Shown here: one piece after another, positions 10,309 to 19,016 of the stretch
Position numbering within the stretch: the first letter of the stretch is position 1
Layout of the letters: each line of letters begins with the position of its first letter
Virus record (IMG/VR): IMGVR_UViG_3300025128_004839
Coordinates: 1 to 35,236 of that record
From: a virus
Taxonomy: Duplodnaviria; Caudoviricetes
DNA length: 35,236 nucleotides
Direction: 5' to 3' (one strand)
The notes under the pieces: model-generated
Told to the model about the DNA's origin: nothing
The model's input: only the letters and a program-made list of their open reading frames with translations
The model's database searches: none
Position numbers and translations under genes: made by a program

Positions 10309-11443
10309 ACAAAAGATCGTGCTTTGCATGATCGTTAAAAACGAAGCAGAAGTTATCGAAAGATGTTTTGATTCGGTGCGCTCTTTTGTGGATGAGTATG
10401 TGATTTGTGATACAGGCTCCACAGATGGAACGCAGGAGGTCATGAAGAATTACTGGAAGAAGCACAAACTCAAGGGAGAGGTGCATGATCGTCCATGGGT
10501 TTCGTTCTGCCATAACCGACAGGAAGCTTTTGATCTAGGTAAGGGGAGAGGAGACTACATTATGACCATTGATGCTGATGAAGTCTTTGCTCCTTTCGAA
10601 AATAACAGTGCCCAACTAACTAAGAAAGTAATCGCACTGCCTCACTTAAATGCAGATAGGGTAGAAGTTATAACCTCTTACAGTTCCATCCAGTATAACA
10701 GAACTCAACTTTACAAAGATGGGCTAAAGTGGAAGTGGAATTGGCCCATTCATGAAGTGTGTGGGGCCGCTGATGAAACTACAATGGAGTGCTTAAAAAA
10801 CGCTTGCGTGGTTCCTAACTCAGACGGAGCAAGAGCCGCAGATCCTCAACGATACAAGCGTGATGCTCTAGTATTTGAGGAGTGGCTCCTAGACAGGCCA
10901 GAGGACGCGAGAGGGTGGTTTTACTTAGCGCAGTCATACCGTGATTCAGGAGAGCCAAAGAAAGCTATTGAACCTCTTAAGAAATGCATTAAATATAGCG
11001 GCTGGGATGAGGAGATTTATCTAGCGGCTTTACGAATCGGGCGGTATAAAATGGAAGCAGGGGAGTCTTTCGTGAATGTGATGGACGATTTCTTCACAGC
11101 GTACAATTACCGTCCTCACCGATTGGAAGCGTTGCATCCTATTGTCGCTTACTATCGAGCCAAAGACCAATACCATACCGCCATCCTGTTAGGGGAGAAT
11201 GCTTTGAAGCTTCCTTTCCCTGCGGATCGTTTGTTTGTGGAACCAGACGTTTACGAGTGGAGACTGCGGGATGAGTTGGGAGTTGCTTACTATTGGGTGG
11301 GTAGGTATGCAAAATCTATTAGAATTATTAAAGAAGCTTTAGAGAATCCTAGAGCTAATATCCCTGAAGGGGATAGAGAACGATTGCAGAAAAATATCCA
11401 ATTTGCTGAGGAGGCATTAAATGAACAGAAGACAGAGAGTTGA
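10289..11443 (+). CDS. GT2 glycosyltransferase with C-terminal TPR repeats (start uncertain)
   Basis: LCMIVKNE, DTGSTDGT, IDADE, IHE, then RGWFYLAQSY TPR-like helices. Confidence 0.85.
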   Translation: MAQRVSKQKIVLCMIVKNEAEVIERCFDSVRSFVDEYVICDTGSTDGTQEVMKNYWKKHKLKGEVHDRPWVSFCHNRQEAFDLGKGRGDYIMTIDADEVFAPFENNSAQLTKKVIALPHLNADRVEVITSYSSIQYNRTQLYKDGLKWKWNWPIHEVCGAADETTMECLKNACVVPNSDGARAADPQRYKRDALVFEEWLLDRPEDARGWFYLAQSYRDSGEPKKAIEPLKKCIKYSGWDEEIYLAALRIGRYKMEAGESFVNVMDDFFTAYNYRPHRLEALHPIVAYYRAKDQYHTAILLGENALKLPFPADRLFVEPDVYEWRLRDELGVAYYWVGRYAKSIRIIKEALENPRANIPEGDRERLQKNIQFAEEALNEQKTES

Positions 11444-12428
11444 GTACCTGTGGCTTGATGGACGGGATCCATTACCCAAAGTAAGAAGTAAGACGCGCTA
11501 CCTTAATCCCCAAGAACACATTATTGTTCCGTGTTGGAATTTTGATGGAGGTTCTACCGAGCAGGGGACACTAGAAGATTCGGATAGGATGTTGCGTCCT
11601 GTTAGAACTTACACCGACCCCTTTAATGAGGGGGGCTTGTTAGCATTTTGTGAAGTCTGCTACTATGGTGGGGTGCCGCACGAATCCAATACCCGAACGC
11701 ACTTGGAACGCCTCACTAAAGATGTGGAAGGAATCCTCGTAGGGTTTGAGCAAGAAGTTACCTTCATTAACCCTACCGACTATAAACCACTAGGTCTCCT
11801 CCTCAGCCCCCAAGCTCAGGGACAATATTATTGTGGCGCAGGTTGCATGAATGTAATCGGTAGATCTATCATGGAAGAGTTTGAAAAGAAATTGTTAGCA
11901 GCGGGGATTGAGATTGATGGCATTAACGCTGAGGTTATGCCGGGACAATGGGAATGGCAAACTGCTGCTCAAGGCCCTCTTAAGACCTCAGATGATTTGT
12001 GGGTTTCTCGTTACATCTTAGACAGAGTGTCGGAGTACAATCCAGTTATTGTTTCTTATGATCCTAAGCCGCACCCCGAGTTTAACGGAGCAGGTTGTCA
12101 CACTAATTTCTCTACCGCCAAGATGCGGGAGTCGTTTGATGTAGACGATTATGAAGAGCTTGCCGTGCATCTCGAAACTGATCACGCTGAACACATTAAA
12201 GTGTGTGGCGCAGGGATCGAGAAGCGCATGACTGGGGACTGTGAAACTTCGGACTACAAGAAGTTCAGTCTAGCTGTGGCAGACAGAGGTGCGTCAATTC
12301 GCATTCCCAAAAGAGTCAAGGACGAAGGTGAGGGGTACTTCGAAGACCGCAGACCTTGTGCAAACATTGACCCGTATAAGGTACTTTATTCACTAATCTC
12401 TTCGGTAAAAAAGTCAAGCCTTCTATAA
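11421..12428 (+). CDS. glnII: Glutamine synthetase type II
   Basis: EYLWLDG, WNFDGGST, GFEQE, YYCG, GINAEVMPGQWE, NGAGCHTNFST, RGASIRIP, GYFEDRRP. The 335-aa length matches GSII. Confidence 0.92.
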   Translation: MNRRQRVEYLWLDGRDPLPKVRSKTRYLNPQEHIIVPCWNFDGGSTEQGTLEDSDRMLRPVRTYTDPFNEGGLLAFCEVCYYGGVPHESNTRTHLERLTKDVEGILVGFEQEVTFINPTDYKPLGLLLSPQAQGQYYCGAGCMNVIGRSIMEEFEKKLLAAGIEIDGINAEVMPGQWEWQTAAQGPLKTSDDLWVSRYILDRVSEYNPVIVSYDPKPHPEFNGAGCHTNFSTAKMRESFDVDDYEELAVHLETDHAEHIKVCGAGIEKRMTGDCETSDYKKFSLAVADRGASIRIPKRVKDEGEGYFEDRRPCANIDPYKVLYSLISSVKKSSLL

Positions 12429-12434
12429 TAGCGT

Positions 12435-13421
12435 ATGGATAATGCTGTACTCAACAGGCTGAAAAACGCTGGTTTGTTATCGGAACAAGTCCCCGATTTA
12501 GGATTTGTAAGCACAGGGAGCTACGCTCTTAACAAGATTATTTCGGGTAAGTATACCAAGGGTATCCCTATCGGTATGATTACTCAGTTCCATGGGGAAG
12601 CGTCCACAGCCAAAACTGTGTTCGGCACTCACATCCTCAAGGAGGCGCAAACATTGGGCCACTACACCATGATGGTGGATAGTGAAAATGCGTACAACCC
12701 TGAGTTTGCTTCTCATCTGGGAATTGATCCTAAGAAGTTGATTTACGCTGCGCCTGAAACTTTGGAAGACTGCTTTCAAGTTATCGAGGATACAATTAAG
12801 GCTATCAGAGAAACTGACTCTGACACACCGATTGTTGTTGTCTACGATAGTATTGCAGTCTCACCTTCAAAAGCAGAGTATGAAGCTGAGGGGTATGAGG
12901 GAAATAATATGCAAGGGGCTATCCGTGCTAAGTCCACGGGAGCGTGTTTGCGAAAGATCAATCCGTTGATGAGAAAATATAAAGTTGCTCTCGTCATCAT
13001 TAACCAAATTAGAAATAAAGTTGGCGTAATGTACGGAAGTCCCGACACGATGGCAGCGGGAGGAAAATCATTAGAGTATTACTTAGGCGTAAACTTAAAA
13101 TGTATTTCAAATAAAACTAGCGACCTCCTTAAAGATGATCTCAAGAACATCATTGGGATTCAGGGGAAAGTGAGGAATACTAAGAACAAGTGTTCCATCC
13201 CCTTTAAGGAGTGTGAGTTTGAGTTACTTTACAATGAGGGATTAGATCCCCATTCTGGACTGTTGAAGATGTTTGAGGCCGATGGGCTGGTAGAGAGGAA
13301 CGGGGCATGGTATACTATCCCCAGTTCAGGGAAGAAGTTCCAATCTAAGGAATTTGTGAAGATGATGCAAGACCCTGAAACGTCAGGGGTTACAGATCTC
13401 GCAAAATTTTTAAGGGACTAG
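12435..13421 (+). CDS. recA: RecA/UvsX-like recombinase
   Basis: STGSYALN, Walker A variant GEASTAKT, VDSE, YDSIA, INQIR.KVGVMYGSP, GGKSL, KNK. Confidence 0.92.
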   Translation: MDNAVLNRLKNAGLLSEQVPDLGFVSTGSYALNKIISGKYTKGIPIGMITQFHGEASTAKTVFGTHILKEAQTLGHYTMMVDSENAYNPEFASHLGIDPKKLIYAAPETLEDCFQVIEDTIKAIRETDSDTPIVVVYDSIAVSPSKAEYEAEGYEGNNMQGAIRAKSTGACLRKINPLMRKYKVALVIINQIRNKVGVMYGSPDTMAAGGKSLEYYLGVNLKCISNKTSDLLKDDLKNIIGIQGKVRNTKNKCSIPFKECEFELLYNEGLDPHSGLLKMFEADGLVERNGAWYTIPSSGKKFQSKEFVKMMQDPETSGVTDLAKFLRD

Positions 13422-13423
13422 GG

Positions 13424-13451
13424 TTGACATTCGCTGAAAACTTGCTATAAT
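13424..13451 (+). promoter_or_regulatory. Sigma70-type promoter
   Basis: TTGACA-N16-TATAAT, with GGAGG Shine-Dalgarno before the ATG at 13478. Confidence 0.8.
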
Positions 13452-13477
13452 AGGGCAACGAACGGAGGAAATTCGAA

Positions 13478-13750
13478 ATGACTGATGACAACCAAAGCGA
13501 CAAATCCTTCATGGAGATGCTGACAGGACTCGTTAACGAAGTCTTCTCAGATCACTTTGATGGTAAGTCCGAAAAATCTGAACCCGCTTCTCCTGTTGAG
13601 GAGCAACCTACAAACCCCGCTATTTACGAGTCTATTGAGGACTATACTGCTAAGACTGGCAAGCGATTCCGCATGACCAAGAAGCAGAAAGAACTAGGAC
13701 TGACCCGTGATGAAGCTTTTTACCTAACCTATGGAGTTAAGAATGATTAA
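13478..13750 (+). CDS. Hypothetical protein
   Basis: ORF with promoter and Shine-Dalgarno. Confidence 0.75.
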   Translation: MTDDNQSDKSFMEMLTGLVNEVFSDHFDGKSEKSEPASPVEEQPTNPAIYESIEDYTAKTGKRFRMTKKQKELGLTRDEAFYLTYGVKND

Positions 13751-14528
13751 GAATGAAGAAATGATCCGTGCCCACGCCCCTGCGGCGTTCGCTACTTCCC
13801 CTGAAGATGGTAGGGTCTCTGACCGCTACTCCTTCCTTCCCACTACTGACATCCTAGAGATCCTTCAGGATGAGGGTTGGACCGCATGGTCTGCCCAGCA
13901 GGTTAAGTCTCGTACTTGGTCCAAAGACCATGCGAAGCACATTATTCGTCTGCGTCACCAAGACCTAGATGTGAAGTCTTTTGACGTTGGTGACAGCTTC
14001 CCTGAGATGCTGCTTATGAACGCTCACAACGGTCTGGGAGGCTACCAACTTCAAGGGGGTATCTTCCGCATGGTATGCTCTAACGGAATGGTGATCTCGG
14101 AGTCCGACTTCGGTAAGGTCCACATTCGTCACATCGGCTTTGAGCCTAAGCAGGTTATCAATGCCTCCCGTGATCTGATTGCGACCTCTTCCCAAATTTC
14201 GGACAAGGTAAACACTTGGAAGGAATTGGAGCTTAGTCCCCGCGCCCAGCAGGACTTCTTTGCTGATGCAGCTAAGATTCGCTTTGAGAACCCTTCTGAT
14301 GATATCATCAAGGAAATCTCCAATGTGCGTCGAGAGGCTGACCGTGGGAATGACCTCTGGAGGACTTTTAATGTCGCTCAGGAGAACCTGATCAGGGGTG
14401 GATTCCGTAACGGAAACACTAACCGCATGGTGCGAGCTATCTCTAACATCCAGAAAGATGTTAAATTTAATTCGGAACTGTGGGACTTGGCTAGTACATA
14501 TAGTGAAGGGCAACTCATCCTCAACTAA
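13743..14528 (+). CDS. DUF932 family protein
   Basis: SDRYSFLPT, KHIIRLR, LMNAHNG, GIFRMVCSNG, DLWRTFNVAQEN. ATG at 13743 follows GGAG. Confidence 0.88.
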   Translation: MIKNEEMIRAHAPAAFATSPEDGRVSDRYSFLPTTDILEILQDEGWTAWSAQQVKSRTWSKDHAKHIIRLRHQDLDVKSFDVGDSFPEMLLMNAHNGLGGYQLQGGIFRMVCSNGMVISESDFGKVHIRHIGFEPKQVINASRDLIATSSQISDKVNTWKELELSPRAQQDFFADAAKIRFENPSDDIIKEISNVRREADRGNDLWRTFNVAQENLIRGGFRNGNTNRMVRAISNIQKDVKFNSELWDLASTYSEGQLILN

Positions 14529-14575
14529 GTAAACTACTCAGGGGGAGGGAGAGATCCTTCCCCCTAAATCTAGCT

Positions 14576-14932
14576 ATGTTAGAATTCGAATTCAACGAGC
14601 CTCTTAATGAGGAACCTGATGGGACGTTTATTACCATCGGACAGATGCAATTCTTTCTTAACAGGAAGGACGGCAAGAAACTGTTTAAAGAAGGATCTGC
14701 GGAGTTCCTTGAATACTATAACCTGTGTAGGGTCTATAATTTAGTATCAGAAATCATGGAATACGACCCCGACTCCGCTATAATGTATTGGGATGACAAG
14801 AAGAAGATCGTCTCAATGGGGTTCCCTTCCAAAGGTAAAGTAGCCCTCGCTCTCTCAGGCATGGAGCCTAGTCTAATGGAAACTGATGACGATGAGGATG
14901 AGTGGGGGGATGGACTAAATTACAATGGGTAG
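14576..14932 (+). CDS. Hypothetical acidic protein
   Basis: ORF in the co-oriented gene run. Confidence 0.7.
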   Translation: MLEFEFNEPLNEEPDGTFITIGQMQFFLNRKDGKKLFKEGSAEFLEYYNLCRVYNLVSEIMEYDPDSAIMYWDDKKKIVSMGFPSKGKVALALSGMEPSLMETDDDEDEWGDGLNYNG

Positions 14933-15131
14933 AACATATAAGAAGAACGAGAACGAGTGGGTAAGTAAAGACCCAATCAAGTACAAAGTAAAAAAGAAAC
15001 AAAGAGAGGTTAAACCTGCTCTTAATGAAGATCATAGTAATGAAGATGATTACTATGATAAAATGGAGATGGAAGCTTATGACGAAGAATTTTCCGACAA
15101 GATACGAAGGAGAGGTTCAAATAGATTTTGA
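14925..15131 (+). CDS. Hypothetical charged protein
   Basis: ORF overlapping the upstream stop. Confidence 0.6.
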   Translation: MGRTYKKNENEWVSKDPIKYKVKKKQREVKPALNEDHSNEDDYYDKMEMEAYDEEFSDKIRRRGSNRF

Positions 15132-15235
15132 TCCTGTAGTGCCATGTGCATGGCTTCCTGATAGAGAAGTAAAACTTAGTGAGTACAACCATATGATTAC
15201 TTACTTCGTTCAAAAGCATATCGAGGAAAACACCG

Positions 15236-15562
15236 ATGCCATCACAGTATGTACTGAAAAATTCGCCAATAGATAAGAACCGTATCCAAAAGGTTTGTAA
15301 GAAGCTCATTGATGAGGCTAACGATGATAGGTCGTTAGCTCTCGATGCTCACCGTTTCTTTCGGGAAATGTTAGATGAGAACCCCCAAGACGCAGCAGCC
15401 AAAAACTTAATGGTTGATTGCCTTAAGCTCGCACAGACCTCTAAAACCAGTACCCTGAAAGTTGTAGACCTTCTCATTAAACTTGAGACGGCTCTAACTA
15501 AAGGGAATGAGAAGTCCGAAGTGGACTCTCTATATTCGCAGCTAGACAACTTAACCGATTAG
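15236..15562 (+). CDS. Hypothetical helical protein
   Basis: ORF with GAGG Shine-Dalgarno, directly before the Clp ATPase. Confidence 0.7.
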   Translation: MPSQYVLKNSPIDKNRIQKVCKKLIDEANDDRSLALDAHRFFREMLDENPQDAAAKNLMVDCLKLAQTSKTSTLKVVDLLIKLETALTKGNEKSEVDSLYSQLDNLTD

Positions 15563-15570
15563 GAAAAACC

Positions 15571-16914
15571 TTGGCCGAGCAAAAGTTTTACAAAGTAATT
15601 TGTAATGAAATTAATTTAGTTCTTCTTCTTAAAAAACTCACCATGCGTGAAGAGAGAAGGACTTATCATGACATAAAGAAGAAGATCGAGAGCTTGGATA
15701 AGCCTATTACGATTGATAGCTATATTAGCTATGTCGTAAAAGCTTTCTTGTACGATGCTGATGAGTTCTTCAAAAACCTCCCTGAAGACAAGGAGGACAA
15801 GGATACCATCACCAGAGCCGTGTATGCTTCTATCATTGAAGCGTATCCTCCCTTCGACCTAGAGTTTGTGTGTGCTGATATTAATAACGGCACTTTCATG
15901 GAGGAGATGCACGAAAGCTTGGCTGCTGTTCTCTCAACTGCTGCACAGGCCGAGGCTCCTCCCAAGAGTCTGAAAGCTATCAAAACTCTGAACGATGTTA
16001 ACAACTTGGAGCGATACCTTTCCAAGAACCTTATCGGACAGGAGCAAGCTGTGAAGGGTCTAGTGGACAGCATGAAGCTCGTAGCCAGCGGACTGTATAA
16101 GAACGCATCCTTCTTCTTCATCGGCCCCACAGGAGTAGGCAAGACCGAACTCGCTAGGCTTGTAGGAAACAGGTACAGCGGTAACTTCTGGAAGGTGAAC
16201 TGTGCGGAGTATGCTCAGGCTCATGAGTACGCGAAACTAATTGGTTCTCCTCCCGGCTATGTAGGTCATAGTGAAAAGAGTTTGATGGCTGAGAAGGCTG
16301 AGAAATCTAATAAGTGGGTAATCCTCTTTGATGAGATTGAAAAAGCTCACACTAAGTTCTATGATTTCCTCCTCTCACTTCTAGATGACGGGACATGTAC
16401 GGATAACATGGGCAGAGTTCTAGACTTCACCGAGTCTATCTTTATCTTTACTTCTAACCAAGGCGTGTCTGACATTCGTGTAGGCAAGAAGCTAGGCTTT
16501 GGTGGGGAAACTGTTTCGGTGTCAGGATCAGAGCAGGAGATCACGCAATCAGTAAAGAAGAAGTTCCCCGCTGAGTTCATGAATCGTATTGATAACTATG
16601 TGTTCTTCAACACACTAGAACCCGAACACCTTAAAAAGATTGCCACTCTTGCTCTCAGTAATATTCCTATCAAGAGACACAAGGCTCTGTTGGATTTCAT
16701 TGTGGAGCATGGCTACTCAGAAGAGTATGGAGCCAGAAACATTAAACGCTTCATTAAGAATGAAGTAGCTACCGTAATTGCTCAAGCTCTCCTAGAGCGA
16801 AGACTTCCAAGTAAAAAAGGAGACCTCTACACCCCGAAGGTTAAGGATGGCAAGCTAACCCTGACCTGTCTTACTGGGGATGAAGAAGAGTTGATCGACC
16901 AAGCCGCAGGGTAG
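15571..16914 (+). CDS. ClpA/ClpB-like AAA+ ATPase with only the second (D2) module
   Basis: LIGQEQAV, GPTGVGKTELA, KLIGSPPGYVG, LFDEIEKAH, FTSN, PAEFMNRID, YGARNIKRFI. Confidence 0.9.
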   Translation: MAEQKFYKVICNEINLVLLLKKLTMREERRTYHDIKKKIESLDKPITIDSYISYVVKAFLYDADEFFKNLPEDKEDKDTITRAVYASIIEAYPPFDLEFVCADINNGTFMEEMHESLAAVLSTAAQAEAPPKSLKAIKTLNDVNNLERYLSKNLIGQEQAVKGLVDSMKLVASGLYKNASFFFIGPTGVGKTELARLVGNRYSGNFWKVNCAEYAQAHEYAKLIGSPPGYVGHSEKSLMAEKAEKSNKWVILFDEIEKAHTKFYDFLLSLLDDGTCTDNMGRVLDFTESIFIFTSNQGVSDIRVGKKLGFGGETVSVSGSEQEITQSVKKKFPAEFMNRIDNYVFFNTLEPEHLKKIATLALSNIPIKRHKALLDFIVEHGYSEEYGARNIKRFIKNEVATVIAQALLERRLPSKKGDLYTPKVKDGKLTLTCLTGDEEELIDQAAG

Positions 16915-16952
16915 GCGTGTTACGCCTTTCGTGCCTTGGAACTTCGCTACCT

Positions 16953-16986
16953 GCTCCCTCTAAAGAAATTTAGAGGGAGCTTTTTT
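16953..16986 (+). terminator. Rho-independent terminator
   Basis: GCTCCCTCTAAA-GAAA-TTTAGAGGGAGC followed by T6. Confidence 0.85.
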
Positions 16987-17023
16987 AAATAAGGAAAGGA
17001 GCCGACTATTATATCTTGTGAAC

Positions 17024-17098
17024 TGGCCCGTAGCTCAACGGTCAGAGCGTCCGTCTTATAAGCGGTTGATTCAGGTTCAACTCCTGACGGGCCGACCA
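17024..17098 (+). tRNA. tRNA-Ile(TAT)
   Basis: Cloverleaf, anticodon loop CT-TAT-AA, GTTCAA T-loop, encoded CCA. Confidence 0.88.
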
Positions 17099-17121
17099 CT
17101 TTTATCCTAAGGAGAAAAATT

Positions 17122-17373
17122 ATGAATGAGATTGCAGAAAAGTATGTGGCGAAAGCCTTGGAAGGTTACGAACAAAATTACAAGGGTATCTCTGATGCCA
17201 TCACCCAAGTTGAGGCTCAGTTGGAAAACTTTATGGCTCAACGCGCCGAAATGAAGGAAGGCATTGATGAGATGCGTGAACTTCTGGGTCTTGGGGAAGA
17301 AGAGGAGCTTGGTGGAAACGCTACCCCGCTCACTCTTGTCTCCGAAGAACACGGTAATTCTGAAGAAGAGTAG
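17122..17373 (+). CDS. Hypothetical acidic coiled-coil protein
   Basis: AAGGAG Shine-Dalgarno, ORF lies between tRNAs. Confidence 0.75.
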   Translation: MNEIAEKYVAKALEGYEQNYKGISDAITQVEAQLENFMAQRAEMKEGIDEMRELLGLGEEEELGGNATPLTLVSEEHGNSEEE

Positions 17374-17375
17374 AA

Positions 17376-17452
17376 CGGGGAGTGGCGCAGTTTGGTAGCG
17401 CACCTGCTTTGGGAGCAGGGGGTCGTAGGTTCGAATCCTATCTCCCCGACCA
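17376..17452 (+). tRNA. tRNA-Pro(TGG)
   Basis: Canonical cloverleaf with CCA. Confidence 0.95.
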
Positions 17453-17457
17453 AGCAA

Positions 17458-17533
17458 TCCCTGATAGCTCAGTTGGTAGAGCGTTTGGCTGTTAACCAAA
17501 ATGTCCGAGGTTCGAGTCCTCGTCAGGGAGCCA
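17458..17533 (+). tRNA. tRNA-Asn(GTT)
   Basis: Canonical cloverleaf with CCA. Confidence 0.95.
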
Positions 17534-17552
17534 CAACCTAAAGGAGAATATT

Positions 17553-17756
17553 ATGACGATTAATAAAAATAAGAGTAACCGAATTAAGTTCGGACATTTT
17601 AGTAGTGAGTCCGAAGCCCAAGCCGAGCTTGCGCGTAGGGAAAAGAGTTTGCCTAGGAACCTTACGGGGGATTTCCGTGTTCTGAAACTTCCGAACAAGA
17701 AGTCTGGGAAACGTAATTGGATGGCATACGCTCTGGTGAGAAAATCGGGGGAGTAG
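17553..17756 (+). CDS. Hypothetical basic protein
   Basis: AAGGAG Shine-Dalgarno, stop codon lies inside the 5' end of tRNA-Leu. Confidence 0.65.
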   Translation: MTINKNKSNRIKFGHFSSESEAQAELARREKSLPRNLTGDFRVLKLPNKKSGKRNWMAYALVRKSGE

Positions 17757-17823
17757 CCCAATCGGCAGAGGCAACAGACTTAAAATCTGTCAAGTGCGGG
17801 TTCGAGTCCCGCCTTCCCTACCA
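17747..17823 (+). tRNA. tRNA-Leu(TAA) with a short variable loop
   Basis: ACAGA-CT-TAA-AA-TCTGT anticodon arm, 5-nt variable loop, CCA. Confidence 0.88.
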
Positions 17824-17824
17824 C

Positions 17825-17901
17825 GCACTCGTAGCTCAGTTGGATAGAGCAATAGACTTCTAATCTATAGGTCATAGGTTCGAATCCTATCGAGTGTACC
17901 A
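17825..17901 (+). tRNA. tRNA-Arg(TCT)
   Basis: Canonical cloverleaf with CCA. Confidence 0.95.
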
Positions 17902-17907
17902 AATTCT

Positions 17908-17983
17908 GCGTCCGTAGCTCAGTTGGTAGAGCAATCGGCTTTTAACCGATTGGTCCAAGGTTCGAGTCCTTGCGGACGCACCA
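17908..17983 (+). tRNA. tRNA-Lys(TTT)
   Basis: Canonical cloverleaf with CCA. Confidence 0.95.
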
Positions 17984-17997
17984 AACTATAATAGATC

Positions 17998-18492
17998 ATG
18001 GCTTCTCAAAAAAAATTAGATCAAACTTACATGGCGATGGCAGAAGAGCTATCGAAACTGTCTTATGCAAATAGAAAAAAAGTTGGATGTCTTATCGTTA
18101 AAGACACGCAGATTATCTCTGAAGGGTACAATGGAACTCCAAAGGGATTTTCAAATGAATGCGAATATAGATCCTACGTTGATGAAGAGTATACAAAGCC
18201 CGAAGTCCTTCACGCAGAGTCTAATGCCATTAGCAAGATTGCTCGATCTACCAACAGTTCTGATGGTGCTACTTTATATGTCACATTGGCTCCATGCTTT
18301 GAGTGTTCTAAACTCATCATACAGGCTGGGATAGTAAGAGTAATTTACAAAGACCACTATAAAAAGAATGGACTAAATTTGTTAGCTAAGGCTGGCGTTA
18401 AGGTGAACTCAATTTATGAATACGACCAAGACACAAGTGACGAAGAATTTCCCGGAAGCCACTACAAAGGAGACTTTGGATACTACAGTTGA
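17998..18492 (+). CDS. dCMP deaminase
   Basis: KVGC, GYNG, HAESNA and PCFEC zinc motifs. Confidence 0.93.
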   Translation: MASQKKLDQTYMAMAEELSKLSYANRKKVGCLIVKDTQIISEGYNGTPKGFSNECEYRSYVDEEYTKPEVLHAESNAISKIARSTNSSDGATLYVTLAPCFECSKLIIQAGIVRVIYKDHYKKNGLNLLAKAGVKVNSIYEYDQDTSDEEFPGSHYKGDFGYYS

Positions 18493-18664
18493 GCAGACGA
18501 AGGAGTACTTACGAGAACAAATCTCTAAGTGGAAGCGCATACTCAACGAAGATTATAGGACAGATAGTAACAATCGCTTGGAGTTGCATTCTAGCGGTAG
18601 ACTAGAGGGCGCAATCAACGCCTTAGCTTTTATAGAGAGACTAGAGGAAAAAAATGGCAAATAA
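18416..18664 (+). CDS. Hypothetical protein (start uncertain)
   Basis: Fills the gap between two genes. Confidence 0.55.
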   Translation: MNTTKTQVTKNFPEATTKETLDTTVEQTKEYLREQISKWKRILNEDYRTDSNNRLELHSSGRLEGAINALAFIERLEEKNGK

Positions 18665-19016
18665 GTTTAGAAGTATTGCGGACGGCGTAGCCGATATTGT
18701 TAAGGATAAGCAGGAGGCTTACGGAGACTCTTTTGGTAAGAGTGGTGAGTGCCTTAGGCAAATGTATCCTCAGGGTATTGATCCTGAGCAGTATGATGAC
18801 CTACTCACCGTTGCGCGTATTCTTGATAAGCTTTTTAGGATTGCCAACAACCCTACTGCCTTTGATGAAAACCCCTACCAAGACATTGTTGGGTATGGCC
18901 TACTCGGAATGCATCGTCACAACCCTGCTCCCGAACCTCTCCAACCGTTACCTCCCCAGAGTCTAGCGCAAGAGAAACCTAAGAAGGACTGGGACGATAT
19001 TGATATTGATGACTAG
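18654..19016 (+). CDS. DUF1599-like (nucleotide-modification associated) protein
   Basis: KQEAYGDSF, RILDKLFRI, DIVGYGLL. Confidence 0.65.
   Translation: MANKFRSIADGVADIVKDKQEAYGDSFGKSGECLRQMYPQGIDPEQYDDLLTVARILDKLFRIANNPTAFDENPYQDIVGYGLLGMHRHNPAPEPLQPLPPQSLAQEKPKKDWDDIDIDD

Noticed and set aside
1-11443. Bacterial O-antigen or capsule locus
   Set aside because: No export or polymerase genes are seen, and it is contiguous with phage-type genes, tRNA clusters and a promoter array. A phage origin is more likely though not proven here.
15025-15276. 83-aa ORF overlapping 14925-15131
   Set aside because: It overlaps its neighbour heavily. A shorter gene from an internal ATG is possible, but I cannot support it.
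17107-17774. - strand ORFs over the tRNA cluster, and 25795-26107 over tRNA-Asp
   Set aside because: They are translations of tRNA sequence, not credible proteins
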